This document shows, one piece after another, positions 39,701 through 54,700 of a DNA stretch of 64,000 nucleotides. A model generated the notes under the pieces. The model had not been told where the DNA came from. It made no database searches and saw only the letters and a program-made list of their open reading frames with translations. The stretch lies in NCBI GenBank assembly GCA_964016885.1, contig OZ024742.1, forward strand, positions 349,742,001 through 349,806,000, written 5' to 3'. Within the stretch, counting starts at the first letter, position 1; every line of letters begins with the position of its first letter. The position numbers were made by a program, and so were the translations under genes. The DNA comes from Eledone cirrhosa (lineage: Eukaryota).

Positions 39701-42700
39701 ACAGAGAGACGTTGAACAGAGAGACAATGAACAGACAGACATTGAACAGAGAGACATTGAACAGAGAGACATTGAACAGAGAGACACTTTACAGAGAGAC
39801 AGTGAACAGGGAGACATTGAACAGAGAGACATTGAACAGAGTGACATTAAACAGAGAGACATTGATCAGAGAGACAATGAACAGACAGACATTGAACAGA
39901 GAGACACTGAACAGAGAGACATTGAACAGAGAGACATTGAACAGAGAGACATTGAACAGAGAGACATTAAACAGAGAATCACTGAACAGAGAGACATTGA
40001 ACAGAGAGACATTGAACAGAGAGACATTGAACAGAGAGACATTGAACAGAGAGACACTGAACAGAGAGACATTGAACAGAGAGACATTGAACAGAGAGAC
40101 ATTGAACAGAGAGACACTGAACAGAGAGACATTGAACAGAGAGACACTGAACAGAGAGACATTGAACAGAGAGACACTGAACAGAGAGACATTGAACAGA
40201 GAGACACTGAACAGAGAGACACTGAACAGAGAGACATTGAACAGTGAGACATTGAACAGAGAGACATTGAACAGAGAGACACTGAATTGAGAGACATTGA
40301 ACAGAGAGACATTGAACAGAGAGACACTGAACAGAGAGACACTGACAGAGAGACACTGAACAGAGAGACATTGAACAGAGAGACATTGAACAGAGAGACA
40401 CTGAACAGAGAGACATTGAACAGAGAGACATTGCACAGAGAGACATTGAACAGAGAGACATTGAACAGAGAGACACTGAACAGAGAGACATTTAACAGAG
40501 AGACATTGAACAGAGAGACACTGAACAGAGATACATTGAACAGTGAGACACTGTACATAGAGACATTGAACAGAGAGACACTGAATAGAGAGACATGAAC
40601 AGAGAGACATTGAACAGAGAGACACTGAACAGAGAGACACTGAACAGAGAAACATTGAACAGGGAGACATTGGACAGAGAGACACTGAACAGAGAGACAT
40701 TGAACAGAGAGACACTGAACAGAGAGACACTGAACAGAGAGACACTGAACAGAGAGACATTGAACAGACAGACATTGAACAGAGAGACACTGAACAGAGA
40801 GACACTGAACAGAGAGACACTGAACAGAGGGACACTGAACAGAGAGACACTGAACAGAGAGACACTGAACAGAGAGACACTGAACAGAGAGACATTGATC
40901 AGAGAGACACTGAACAGAGAGACATTGAACAGAGAGACACTGAACAGAGAGACACTGAACAGAGAGACATTGAACAGTGAGACATTGAACAGAGAGACAT
41001 TGAACAGAGAGACACTGAATTGAGAGACATTGAACAGAGAGACATTGAACAGAGAGACACTGAACAGAGAGACACTGAACAGAGAGACACTGAACAGAGA
41101 GACATTGAACAGAGAGACATTGAACAGAGAGACATTGAACAGAGAGACACTGAACAGAGAGACATTGAACAGAGAGACATTGAACAGAGAGACATTGAAC
41201 AGAGAGACACTGAACAGAGAGACATTGAACAGAGAGACACTGAACAGAGAGACATTGAACAGAGAGACACTGAACAGAGAGACATTGAACAGAGAGACAT
41301 TGAACAGAGAGACACTGAACAGAGAGACATTGAACAGAGAGACACGAACAGAGAGACATTGAACAGAGAGACATTGAACAGTGAGACACTGTACAGAGAG
41401 ACATTGAACAGAGAGACACTGAATTGAGAGACATTGAACAGAGAGACATTGAACAGAGAGACACTGAACAGAGAGACACTGAACAGAGAGACACTGAACA
41501 GAGAGACATTGAACAGAGAGACATTGAACAGAGAGACATTGAACAGAGAGACACTGAACAGAGAGACATTGAACAGAGAGACATTGCACAGAGAGACATT
41601 GAACAGAGAGACATTGAACAGAGAGACACTGAACAGAGAGACATTGAACAGAGAGACATTGAACAGAGAGACACTGAACAGAGATACATTGAACAGTGAG
41701 ACACTGTACAGAGAGACATTGAACAGAGAGACACTGAATAGAGAGACATGAACAGAGAGACATTGAACAGTGAGACACTGAACAGAGAGACACTGAACAG
41801 AGAGACATTGAACAGAGAGACATTGAACAGAGAGACATTGAAAAGAGAGACACTGAACAGAGAGACATTGAACAGAGAGACACTGAACAGAGAGACATTG
41901 AACAGAGAGACATCGAACAGAGAGATACTGAACAGAGAGACATTGAACAGAGAGACACTGAACAGAGAGACATTGAACAGAGAGACATCGAACAGAGAGA
42001 TACTGAACAGAGAGACATTGAACAGAGAGACATTGAACAGAGAGACATTGAACAGAGAGACACTGAACAGAGAGACACTGTACAGATAGACATTGAACAG
42101 AGAGACATTGAACAGAGAGACACTGTACAGAGAGACATTGAACAGAGAGACATTGAACAGAGAGACAATGAACAGAGAGACACTGAACAGAGAGACATTG
42201 AACAGAGAGACATTGAACAGAGAGACATTGAACAGAGAGACACTGAACAGAGAGACACTGTACAGATAGACATTGAACAGAGAGACATTGAACAGAGAGA
42301 CACTGTACAGAGAGACATTGAACAGAGAGACATTGAACAGAGAGACACTGAACAGAGAGACATTGAACAGAGAGACACTGAACAGAGAGACACTGAACAG
42401 AGAGACACTGTACAGAGAGACATTGAACAGAGAGACATTGAACAGAGAGACACTGAACAGAGAGACATTGAACAGAGAGACACTGTACAGAGAGACATTG
42501 ATTAGAGAGACATTGAACAGAGAGACACTGAACAGAGAGACATTGAACAGAGAGACATTGAACAGAGAGACATTGAACAGAGAGACATTGAACAGAGAGA
42601 CACTGAACAGAGAAACACTGCACGGAGAGACATTGAACAGAGAGACATTGAACAGAGAGACACTGTACAGAGAGACATTGAACAGAGAGACATTGAACAG

Positions 42701-45700
42701 AGAGACACTGCACAGAGAGACATTGAACAGAGAGACACTGAACAGAGACACACTGAACAGCGAGACATTGAACAGAGAGACACTGAACAGAGAGACATTG
42801 AACAGAGAGACATTGACCAGAGAGACACTGAACAGAGAGACACTGAACAGAAAAACACTGCACGGAGAGACATTGAACAAAGAGATATTGAACAGAGAGA
42901 CAATGTACAGAGAGACATTGAACAGAGAGACATTGGACAGAGAGACACTGCACAGAGAGACATTGAACAGAGAGACACTGAACAGAGAGACACTGAACAG
43001 CGAGATATTGAACAGAGAGACACTGAACAGAGAGACATTGAACAGAGAGACATTGAACAGAGAGACACTGAACAGAGAGACATTGAACAGAGAGACACTG
43101 CACAGAGAGACATTGAACAGAGAGACACTGACAGAGAGACACTGAACAGAGAGACATTGAACAGAGAGACATTGAACAGAGAGACACTGAACAGAGAGAC
43201 ATTGAACAGAGAGACATTGAACAGAGAGACACTGAACAGAGAGACATTGAACAGAGAGACATTGAACAGAGAGACACTGAACAGAGAGGCATTGAACAGA
43301 GAGACACTGAACAGAGAGACATTGAACAGAGAGACATTGAACAGAGAGACATTGAACAGAAAGACATTGAACAGAGAGACATTTAACAGAGAGACATTGA
43401 TCAGAGAGACACTGAACAGAGAGACACTGAACAGAGAGGCATTGAAAAAAGAGACACTGAACAGAGAGACACTGAACAGAGAGACACTGAACAGAGAGAC
43501 ATTGAACAGAGAGACACTGAACAGAGAGACATTGAACAGAGAGACATTAAAGAGAGAGACATTGAACAGAGAGACACTGAACAGAGAGACACTGAACAGA
43601 GAGACATTGAACAGAGAGACACTGAACAGAGAGACACTGAACAGGGAGACACTGTACAGAGAAACATTGAACAGAGAGACATTGAACAGAGAGACACTGA
43701 ACAGAGACCCACTGAACAGAGAGACATTGCAAGGAGAGACATTGAACAGAGAGACATTGAAAAGAGAGACATTGAACAGAGAGACACTGAACAGAGAGAC
43801 ATTGAACAGGGAGACACTGTACTGAGAGACACTGAACAGACAGACACTGAACAGAGAGAGATTGAACAGAAAGACACTGAACAGAGAGACATTGAACAGA
43901 GAGACAATGAACAGACAGACATTGAACAGAGAGACATTGAACAGAGAGACATTGAACAGAGTGACATTAAACAGAGAGACATTGTTCAGAGAGACAATGA
44001 ACAGACAGACATTGAACAGAGAGACACTGAACAGAGAGACACTGAACAGAGAGACATTGAACAGAGAGACATTGAACAGAGAGACATTAAACAGAGAATC
44101 ACTGAACAGAGAGACATTGAACAGAGAGACATTGAACAGAGAGACATTGAACAGAGAGATACTGAACAGAGAGACATTGAACAGAGAGACATTGAACAGA
44201 GAGACATTGAACAGAGAGACACTGAACAGAGAGACACTGAACAGAGAGACATTGAACAGAGAGACACTGAACAGAGAGACATTGAACAGAGAGACATTGA
44301 ACAGAGAGACATTGAACAGAGAGACACTGAACAGAGAGACATTGAACAGAGAGACATTGAACAGAGAGACATTGAACAGAGAGACACTGAACAGAGAGAC
44401 ATTGAACAGAGAGACACTGAACAGAGAGACATTGAACAGAGAGACACTGAACAGAGAGACATTGAACAGAGAGACACTGAACAGAGAGACACTGAACAGA
44501 GAGACATTGAACAGTGAGACATTGAACAGAGAGACATTGAACAGAGAGACACTGAATTGAGAGACATTGAACAGAGAGACATTGAACAGAGAGACACTGA
44601 ACAGAGAGACACTGAACAGAGAGACACTGAACAGAGAGACATTGAACAGAGAGACATTGAACAGAGAGACATTGAACAGAGAGACACTGAACAGAGAGAC
44701 ATTGAACAGAGAGACATTGAACAGAGAGACATTGAACAGAGAGACACTGAACAGAGAGACATTGAACAGAGAGACACTGAACAGAGAGACATTGAACAGA
44801 GAGACACTGAACAGAGAGACATTGAACAGAGAGACACTGAACAGAGAGACACTGAACAGAGAGACATTGAACAGTGAGACATTGAACAGAGAGACATTGA
44901 ACAGAGAGACACTGAATTGAGAGACATTGAACAGAGAGACATTGAACAGAGAGACACTGAACAGAGAGACACTGAACAGAGAGACACTGAACAGAGAGAC
45001 ATTGAACAGAGAGACATTGACCAGAGAGACATTGAACAGAGAGACACTGAACAGAGAGACATTGAACAGAGAGACATTGCACAGAGAGCCATTGAACAGA
45101 GAGACATTGAACAGAGAGACATTGAACAGAGAGACACTGAACAGAGATACATTGAACAGTGAGACACTGTACAGAGAGACATTGAACAGAGAGACACTGA
45201 ATAGAGAGACATGAACAGAGAGACATTGAACAGAGAGACACTGAACAGAGAGACACTGAACAGAGAGACATTGAACAGAGAGACATTGGACAGAGAGACA
45301 CTGAACAGAGAGACATTGAACAGAGAGACACTGAACAGAGAGACACTGAACAGAGAGACATTGAACAGACAGACATTGAACAGAGAGGCACTGAACAGAG
45401 AGACACTGAACAGAGAGACACTGAACAGTGGGACACTGAACAGAGAGACACTGAACAGAGAGACACTGAACAGAGAGACACTGAACAGAGAGACATTGAA
45501 CAGAAAGACACTGAACAGAGAGACATTGAACAGTGAGACACTGTACAGAGAGACATTGAACAGAGAGACACTGAATTGAGAGACATTGATCAGAGAGACA
45601 TTGAACAGAGAGACACTGAACAGAGAGACACTGAACAGAGAGACACTGAACAGAGAGACATTGAACAGAGAGACATTGCACAGAGAGACATTGAACAGAG

Positions 45701-48700
45701 AGACATTGAACAGAGAGACACTGAACAGAGAGACATTGAACAGAGAGACATTGAACAGAAAGACACTGAACAGAGATACATTGAACAGTGAGACACTGTA
45801 CAGAGAGACATTGAACAGAGAGACACTGAATAGAGAGACATGAACAGAGAGACATTGAACAGAGAGACACTGAACAGAGAGACACTGAACAGAGAGACAT
45901 TGAACAGAGAGACATTGAACAGAGAGACACTGAACAGAGAGACATTGAACAGAGAGACACTGAACAGAGAGACACTGAACAGAGAGACACTGAACAGAGA
46001 GACATTGAACAGACAGACATTGAACAGAGAGACACTGAACAGAGAGACACTGAACAGAGAGACACTGACAGAGGGACACTGAACAGAGAGACACTGAACA
46101 GAGAGACACTGAACAGAGAGACACTGAACAGAGAGACATTGAACAGAGAGACACTGAACAGAGAGACACTGAACAGAGAGACACTGAACAGAGGGACACT
46201 GAACAGAGAGACATTGAACAGAGAGACACTGAACAGAGAGACATTGAACAGAGAGAAACTGAACAGAGAGACATTGAACAGAGAGACACTGAACAGAGAG
46301 ACATTGAACAGAGAGACACTGAACAGAGAGATACTGAACAGAGAGACATTGAACAGAGAGACACTGAACAGAGAGACATTGAACAGAGAGACACTGAACA
46401 GAGAGACACTGAACAGAGAGACACTGAACAGAGAGACGTTGAACAGAGAGACAATGAACAGACAGACATTGAACAGAGAGACATTGAACAGAGAGACATT
46501 GAACAGAGAGACACTTTACAGAGAGACAGTGAACAGGGAGACATTGAACAGAGAGACATTGAACAGAGTGACATTAAACAGAGAGACATTGATCAGAGAG
46601 ACAATGAACAGACAGACATTGAACAGAGAGACACTGAACAGAGAGACATTGAACAGAGAGACATTGAACAGAGAGACATTGAACAGAGAGACATTAAACA
46701 GAGAATCACTGAACAGAGAGACATTGAACAGAGAGACATTGAACAGAGAGACATTGAACAGAGAGACATTGAACAGAGAGACACTGAACAGAGAGACATT
46801 GAACAGAGAGACATTGAACAGAGAGACATTGAACAGAGAGACACTGAACAGAGAGACATTGAACAGAGAGACACTGAACAGAGAGACATTGAACAGAGAG
46901 ACACTGAACAGAGAGACATTGAACAGAGAGACACTGAACAGAGAGACACTGAACAGAGAGACATTGAACAGTGAGACATTGAACAGAGAGACATTGAACA
47001 GAGAGACACTGAATTGAGAGACATTGAACAGAGAGACATTGAACAGAGAGACACTGAACAGAGAGACACTGACAGGGAGACACTGAACAGAGAGACATTG
47101 AACAGAGAGACATTGAACAGAGAGACACTGAACAGAGAGACATTGAACAGAGAGACATTGCACAGAGAGACATTGAACAGAGAGACATTGAACAGAGAGA
47201 CACTGAACAGAGAGACATTTAACAGAGAGACATTGAACAGAGAGACACTGAATTGAGAGACACTGAACAGAGAGACATTGAACAGAGAGACACTGAACAG
47301 AGAGACATTGAACAGAGAGACACTGAACAGAGAGACATTGAACAGAGAGACACTGAACAGAGAGACACTGAACAGAGAGACATTGAACAGTGAGACATTG
47401 AACAGAGAGACATTGAACAGAGAGACACTGAATTGAGAGACATTGAACAGAGAGACATTGAACAGAGAGACACTGAACAGAGAGACACTGAACAGAGAGA
47501 CACTGAACAGAGAGACATTGAACAGAGAGACATTGACCAGAGAGACATTGAACAGAGAGACACTGAACAGAGAGACATTGAACAGAGAGACATTGAACAG
47601 AGAGACATTGAACAGAGAGACACTGAACAGAGAGACATTGAACAGAGAGACACTGAACAGAGAGACATTGAACAGAGAGACACTGAACAGAGAGACATTG
47701 AACAGAGAGACACTGAACAGAGAGACATTGACAGAGAGACACTGAACAGAGAGACATTGAACAGAGAGACACTGAACAGAGAGACACTGAACAGAGAGAC
47801 ACTGAACAGAGAGACATTGAACAGAGAGACATTGAACAGAGAGACATTGAACAGAGAGACACTGAACAGAGAGACATTGAACAGAGAGACATTGAACAGA
47901 GAGACATTGAACAGAGAGACACTGAACAGAGAGACATTGAACAGAGAGACACTGAACAGAGAGACATTGAACAGAGAGACACTGAACAGAGAGACATTGA
48001 ACAGAGAGACACTGAACAGAGAGACACTGAACAGAGAGACATTGAACAGTGAGACATTGAACAGAGAGACATTGAACAGAGAGACACTGAATTGAGAGAC
48101 ATTGAACAGAGAGACATTGAACAGAGAGACACTGAACAGAGAGACACTGAACAGAGAGACACTGAACAGAGAGACATTGAACAGAGAGACATTGACCAGA
48201 GAGACATTGAACAGAGAGACACTGAACAGAGAGACATTGAACAGAGAGACATTGCACAGAGAGCCATTGAACAGAGAGACATTGAACAGAGAGACATTGA
48301 ACAGAGAGACACTGAACAGAGATACATTGAACAGTGAGACACTGTACAGAGAGACATTGAACAGAGAGACACTGAATAGAGAGACATGAACAGAGAGACA
48401 TTGAACAGAGAGACACTGAACAGAGAGACACTGAACAGAGAGACATTGAACAGAGAGACATTGGACAGAGAGACACTGAACAGAGAGACATTGAACAGAG
48501 AGACACTGAACAGAGAGACACTGAACAGAGAGACATTGAACAGACAGACATTGAACAGAGAGGCACTGAACAGAGAGACACTGAACAGAGAGACACTGAA
48601 CAGTGGGACACTGAACAGAGAGACACTGAACAGAGAGACACTGAACAGAGAGACACTGAACAGAGAGACATTGAACAGAAAGACACTGAACAGAGAGACA

Positions 48701-51700
48701 TTGAACAGTGAGACACTGTACAGAGAGACATTGAACAGAGAGACACTGAATTGAGAGACATTGATCAGAGAGACATTGAACAGAGAGACACTGAACAGAG
48801 AGACACTGAACAGAGAGACACTGAACAGAGAGACATTGAACAGAGAGACATTGAACAGAGAGACATTGAACAGAGAGACACTGAACAGAGAGACATTGAA
48901 CAGAGAGACATTGCACAGAGAGACATTGAACAGAGAGACATTGAACAGAGAGACACTGAACAGAGAGACATTGAACAGAGAGACATTGAACAGAAAGACA
49001 CTGAACAGAGATACATTGAACAGTGAGACACTGTACAGAGAGACATTGAACAGAGAGACACTGAATAGAGAGACATGAACAGAGAGACATTGAACAGAGA
49101 GACACTGAACAGAGAGACACTGAACAGAGAGACATTGAACAGAGACATTGAACAGAGAGACACTGAACAGAGAGACATTGAACAGAGAGACACTGAACAG
49201 AGAGACACTGAACAGAGAGACACTGAACAGAGAGACATTGAACAGACAGACATTGAACAGAGAGACACTGAACAGAGAGACACTGAACAGAGAGACACTG
49301 ACAGAGGGACACTGAACAGAGAGACACTGAACAGAGAGACACTGAACAGAGAGACACTGAACAGAGAGACATTGAACAGAGAGACACTGAACAGAGAGAC
49401 ACTGAACAGAGAGACACTGAACAGAGGGACACTGAACAGAGAGACATTGAACAGAGAGACACTGAACAGAGAGACATTGAATAGAGAGAAACTGAACAGA
49501 GAGACATTGAACAGAGAGACACTGAACAGAGAGACATTGAACAGAGAGACACTGAACAGAGAGATACTGAACAGAGAGACATTGAACAGAGAGACACTGA
49601 ACAGAGAGACATTGAACAGAGAGACACTGAACAGAGAGACACTGAACAGAGAGACACTGAACAGAGAGACGTTGAACAGAGAGACAATGAACAGACAGAC
49701 ATTGAACAGAGAGACATTGAACAGAGAGACATTGAACAGAGAGACACTTTACAGAGAGACAGTGAACAGGGAGACATTGAACAGAGAGACATTGAACAGA
49801 GTGACATTAAACAGAGAGACATTGATCAGAGAGACAATGAACAGACAGACATTGAACAGAGAGACACTGAACAGAGAGACATTGAACAGAGAGACATTGA
49901 ACAGAGAGACATTGAACAGAGAGACATTAAACAGAGAATCACTGAACAGAGAGACATTGAACAGAGAGACATTGAACAGAGAGACATTGAACAGAGAGAC
50001 ATTGAACAGAGAGACACTGAACAGAGAGACATTGAACAGAGAGACATTGAACAGAGAGACATTGAACAGAGAGACACTGAACAGAGAGACATTGAACAGA
50101 GAGACACTGAACAGAGAGACATTGAACAGAGAGACACTGAACAGAGAGACATTGAACAGAGAGACACTGAACAGAGAGACACTGAACAGAGAGACATTGA
50201 ACAGTGAGACATTGAACAGAGAGACATTGAACAGAGAGACACTGAATTGAGAGACATTGAACAGAGAGACATTGAACAGAGAGACACTGAACAGAGAGAC
50301 ACTGACAGAGAGACACTGAACAGAGAGACATTGAACAGAGAGACATTGAACAGAGAGACACTGAACAGAGAGACATTGAACAGAGAGACATTGCACAGAG
50401 AGACATTGAACAGAGAGACATTGAACAGAGAGACACTGAACAGAGAGACATTTAACAGAGAGACATTGAACAGAGAGACACTGAACAGAGATACATTGAA
50501 CAGTGAGACACTGTACATAGAGACATTGAACAGAGAGACACTGAATAGAGAGACATGAACAGAGAGACATTGAACAGAGAGACACTGAACAGAGAGACAC
50601 TGAACAGAGAAACATTGAACAGGGAGACATTGGACAGAGAGACACTGAACAGAGAGACATTGAACAGAGAGACACTGAACAGAGAGACACTGAACAGAGA
50701 GACACTGAACAGAGAGACATTGAACAGACAGACATTGAACAGAGAGACACTGAACAGAGAGACACTGAACAGAGAGACACTGAACAGAGGGACACTGAAC
50801 AGAGAGACACTGAACAGAGAGACACTGAACAGAGAGACACTGAACAGAGAGACATTGATCAGAGAGACACTGAACAGAGAGACATTGAACAGAGAGACAC
50901 TGAACAGAGAGACACTGAACAGAGAGACATTGAACAGTGAGACATTGAACAGAGAGACATTGAACAGAGAGACACTGAATTGAGAGACATTGAACAGAGA
51001 GACATTGAACAGAGAGACACTGAACAGAGAGACATTGAACAGAGAGACACTGAACAGAGAGACATTGAACAGAGAGACATTGAACAGAAAGACACTGAAC
51101 AGAGATACATTGAACAGTGAGACACTGTACAGAGAGACATTGAACAGAGAGACACTGAATAGAGAGACATGAACAGAGAGACATTGAACAGAGAGACACT
51201 GAACAGAGAGACAATGAACAGAGAGACATTGAACAGAGACATTGAACAGAGAGACACTGAACAGAGAGACATTGAACAGAGAGACACTGAACAGAGAGAC
51301 ACTGAACAGAGAGACACTGAACAGAGAGACATTGAACAGACAGACATTGAACAGAGAGACACTGAACAGAGAGACACTGAACAGAGAGACACTGACAGAG
51401 GGACACTGAACAGAGAGACACTGAACAGAGAGACACTGAACAGAGAGACACTGAACAGAGAGACATTGAACAGAGAGACACTGAACAGAGAGACACTGAA
51501 CAGAGAGACACTGAACAGAGGGACACTGAACAGAGAGACATTGAACAGAGAGACACTGAACAGAGAGACATTGAATAGAGAGAAACTGAACAGAGAGACA
51601 TTGAACAGAGAGACACTGAACAGAGAGACATTGAACAGAGAGACACTGAACAGAGAGATACTGAACAGAGAGACATTGAACAGAGAGACACTGAACAGAG

Positions 51701-54700
51701 AGACATTGAACAGAGAGACACTGAACAGAGAGACACTGAACAGAGAGACACTGAACAGAGAGACGTTGAACAGAGAGACAATGAACAGACAGACATTGAA
51801 CAGAGAGACATTGAACAGAGAGACATTGAACAGAGAGACACTTTACAGAGAGACAGTGAACAGGGAGACATTGAACAGAGAGACATTGAACAGAGTGACA
51901 TTAAACAGAGAGACATTGATCAGAGAGACAATGAACAGACAGACATTGAACAGAGAGACACTGAACAGAGAGACATTGAACAGAGAGACATTGAACAGAG
52001 AGACATTGAACAGAGAGACATTAAACAGAGAATCACTGAACAGAGAGACATTGAACAGAGAGACATTGAACAGAGAGACATTGAACAGAGAGACATTGAA
52101 CAGAGAGACACTGAACAGAGAGACATTGAACAGAGAGACATTGAACAGAGAGACATTGAACAGAGAGACACTGAACAGAGAGACATTGAACAGAGAGACA
52201 CTGAACAGAGAGACATTGAACAGAGAGACACTGAACAGAGAGACATTGAACAGAGAGACACTGAACAGAGAGACACTGAACAGAGAGACATTGAACAGTG
52301 AGACATTGAACAGAGAGACATTGAACAGAGAGACACTGAATTGAGAGACATTGAACAGAGAGACATTGAACAGAGAGACACTGAACAGAGAGACACTGAC
52401 AGAGAGACACTGAACAGAGAGACATTGAACAGAGAGACATTGAACAGAGAGACACTGAACAGAGAGACATTGAACAGAGAGACATTGCACAGAGAGACAT
52501 TGAACAGAGAGACATTGAACAGAGAGACACTGAACAGAGAGACATTTAACAGAGAGACATTGAACAGAGAGACACTGAACAGAGATACATTGAACAGTGA
52601 GACACTGTACATAGAGACATTGAACAGAGAGACACTGAATAGAGAGACATGAACAGAGAGACATTGAACAGAGAGACACTGAACAGAGAGACACTGAACA
52701 GAGAAACATTGAACAGGGAGACATTGGACAGAGAGACACTGAACAGAGAGACATTGAACAGAGAGACACTGAACAGAGAGACACTGAACAGAGAGACACT
52801 GAACAGAGAGACATTGAACAGACAGACATTGAACAGAGAGACACTGAACAGAGAGACACTGAACAGAGAGACACTGAACAGAGGGACACTGAACAGAGAG
52901 ACACTGAACAGAGAGACACTGAACAGAGAGACACTGAACAGAGAGACATTGATCAGAGAGACACTGAACAGAGAGACATTGAACAGAGAGACACTGAACA
53001 GAGAGACACTGAACAGAGAGACATTGAACAGTGAGACATTGAACAGAGAGACATTGAACAGAGAGACACTGAATTGAGAGACATTGAACAGAGAGACATT
53101 GAACAGAGAGACACTGAACAGAGAGACACTGAACAGAGAGACACTGAACAGAGAGACATTGAACAGAGAGACATTGAACAGAGAGACATTGAACAGAGAG
53201 ACACTGAACAGAGAGACATTGAACAGAGAGACATTGAACAGAGAGACATTGAACAGAGAGACACTGAACAGAGAGACATTGAACAGAGAGACACTGAACA
53301 GAGAGACATTGAACAGAGAGACACTGAACAGAGAGACATTGAACAGAGAGACATTGAACAGAGAGACACTGAACAGAGAGACATTGAACAGAGAGACACT
53401 GAACAGAGAGACATTGAACAGAGAGACATTGAACAGTGAGACACTGTACAGAGAGACATTGAACAGAGAGACACTGAATTGAGAGACATTGAACAGAGAG
53501 ACATTGAACAGAGAGACACTGAACAGAGAGACACTGAACAGAGAGACACTGAACAGAGAGACATTGAACAGAGAGACATTGAACAGAGAGACATTGAACA
53601 GAGAGACACTGAACAGAGAGACATTGAACAGAGAGACATTGCACAGAGAGACATTGAACAGAGAGACATTGAACAGAGAGACACTGAACAGAGAGACATT
53701 GAACAGAGAGACATTGAACAGAGAGACACTGAACAGAGATACATTGAACAGTGAGACACTGTACAGAGAGACATTGAACAGAGAGACACTGAATAGAGAG
53801 ACATGAACAGAGAGACATTGAACAGTGAGACACTGAACAGAGAGACACTGAACAGAGAGACATTGAACAGAGAGACATTGAACAGAGAGACATTGAAAAG
53901 AGAGACACTGAACAGAGAGACATTGAACAGAGAGACACTGAACAGAGAGACACTGAACAGAGAGACACTGAACAGAGAGACATTGAACAGACAGACATTG
54001 AACAGAGAGACACTGAACAGAGAGACACTGAACAGAGAGACACTGAACAGAGAGACATTGAACAGACAGACATTGAACAGAGAGACACTGAACAGAGGGA
54101 CACTGAACAGAGAGACACTGAACAGAGAGACACTGTACAGAGAGACATTGAACAGAGAGACATTGAACAGAGAGACACTGCACAGAGAGACATTGAACAG
54201 AGAGACACTGAACAGAGACACACTGAACAGCGAGGCATTGAACAGAGAGACACTGAACAGAGAGACATTGAACAGAGAGACATTGAACAGAGAGACACTG
54301 AACAGAGAGACACTGAACAGAGAAACACTGCACGGAGAGACATTGAACAAAGAGATATTGAACAGAGAGACACTGTACAGAGAGACATTGAACAGAGAGA
54401 CATTGAACAGAGAGACACTGCACAGAGAGACATTGAACAGAGAGACACTGAACAGAGAGACACTGAACAGCGAGATATTGAACAGAGAGACACTGAACAG
54501 ATAGACATTGAACAGAGAGACATTGAAAAGAGAGACACTGAACAGAGAGACATTGAACAGAGAGACACTGAACAGAGAGACATTGAACAGAGAGACACTG
54601 ACAGAGAGACACTGAACAGAGAGACATTGAACAGAGAGACATTGAACAGAGAGACACTGAACAGAGAGATATTGAACAGAGAGACATTGAACAGAGAGAC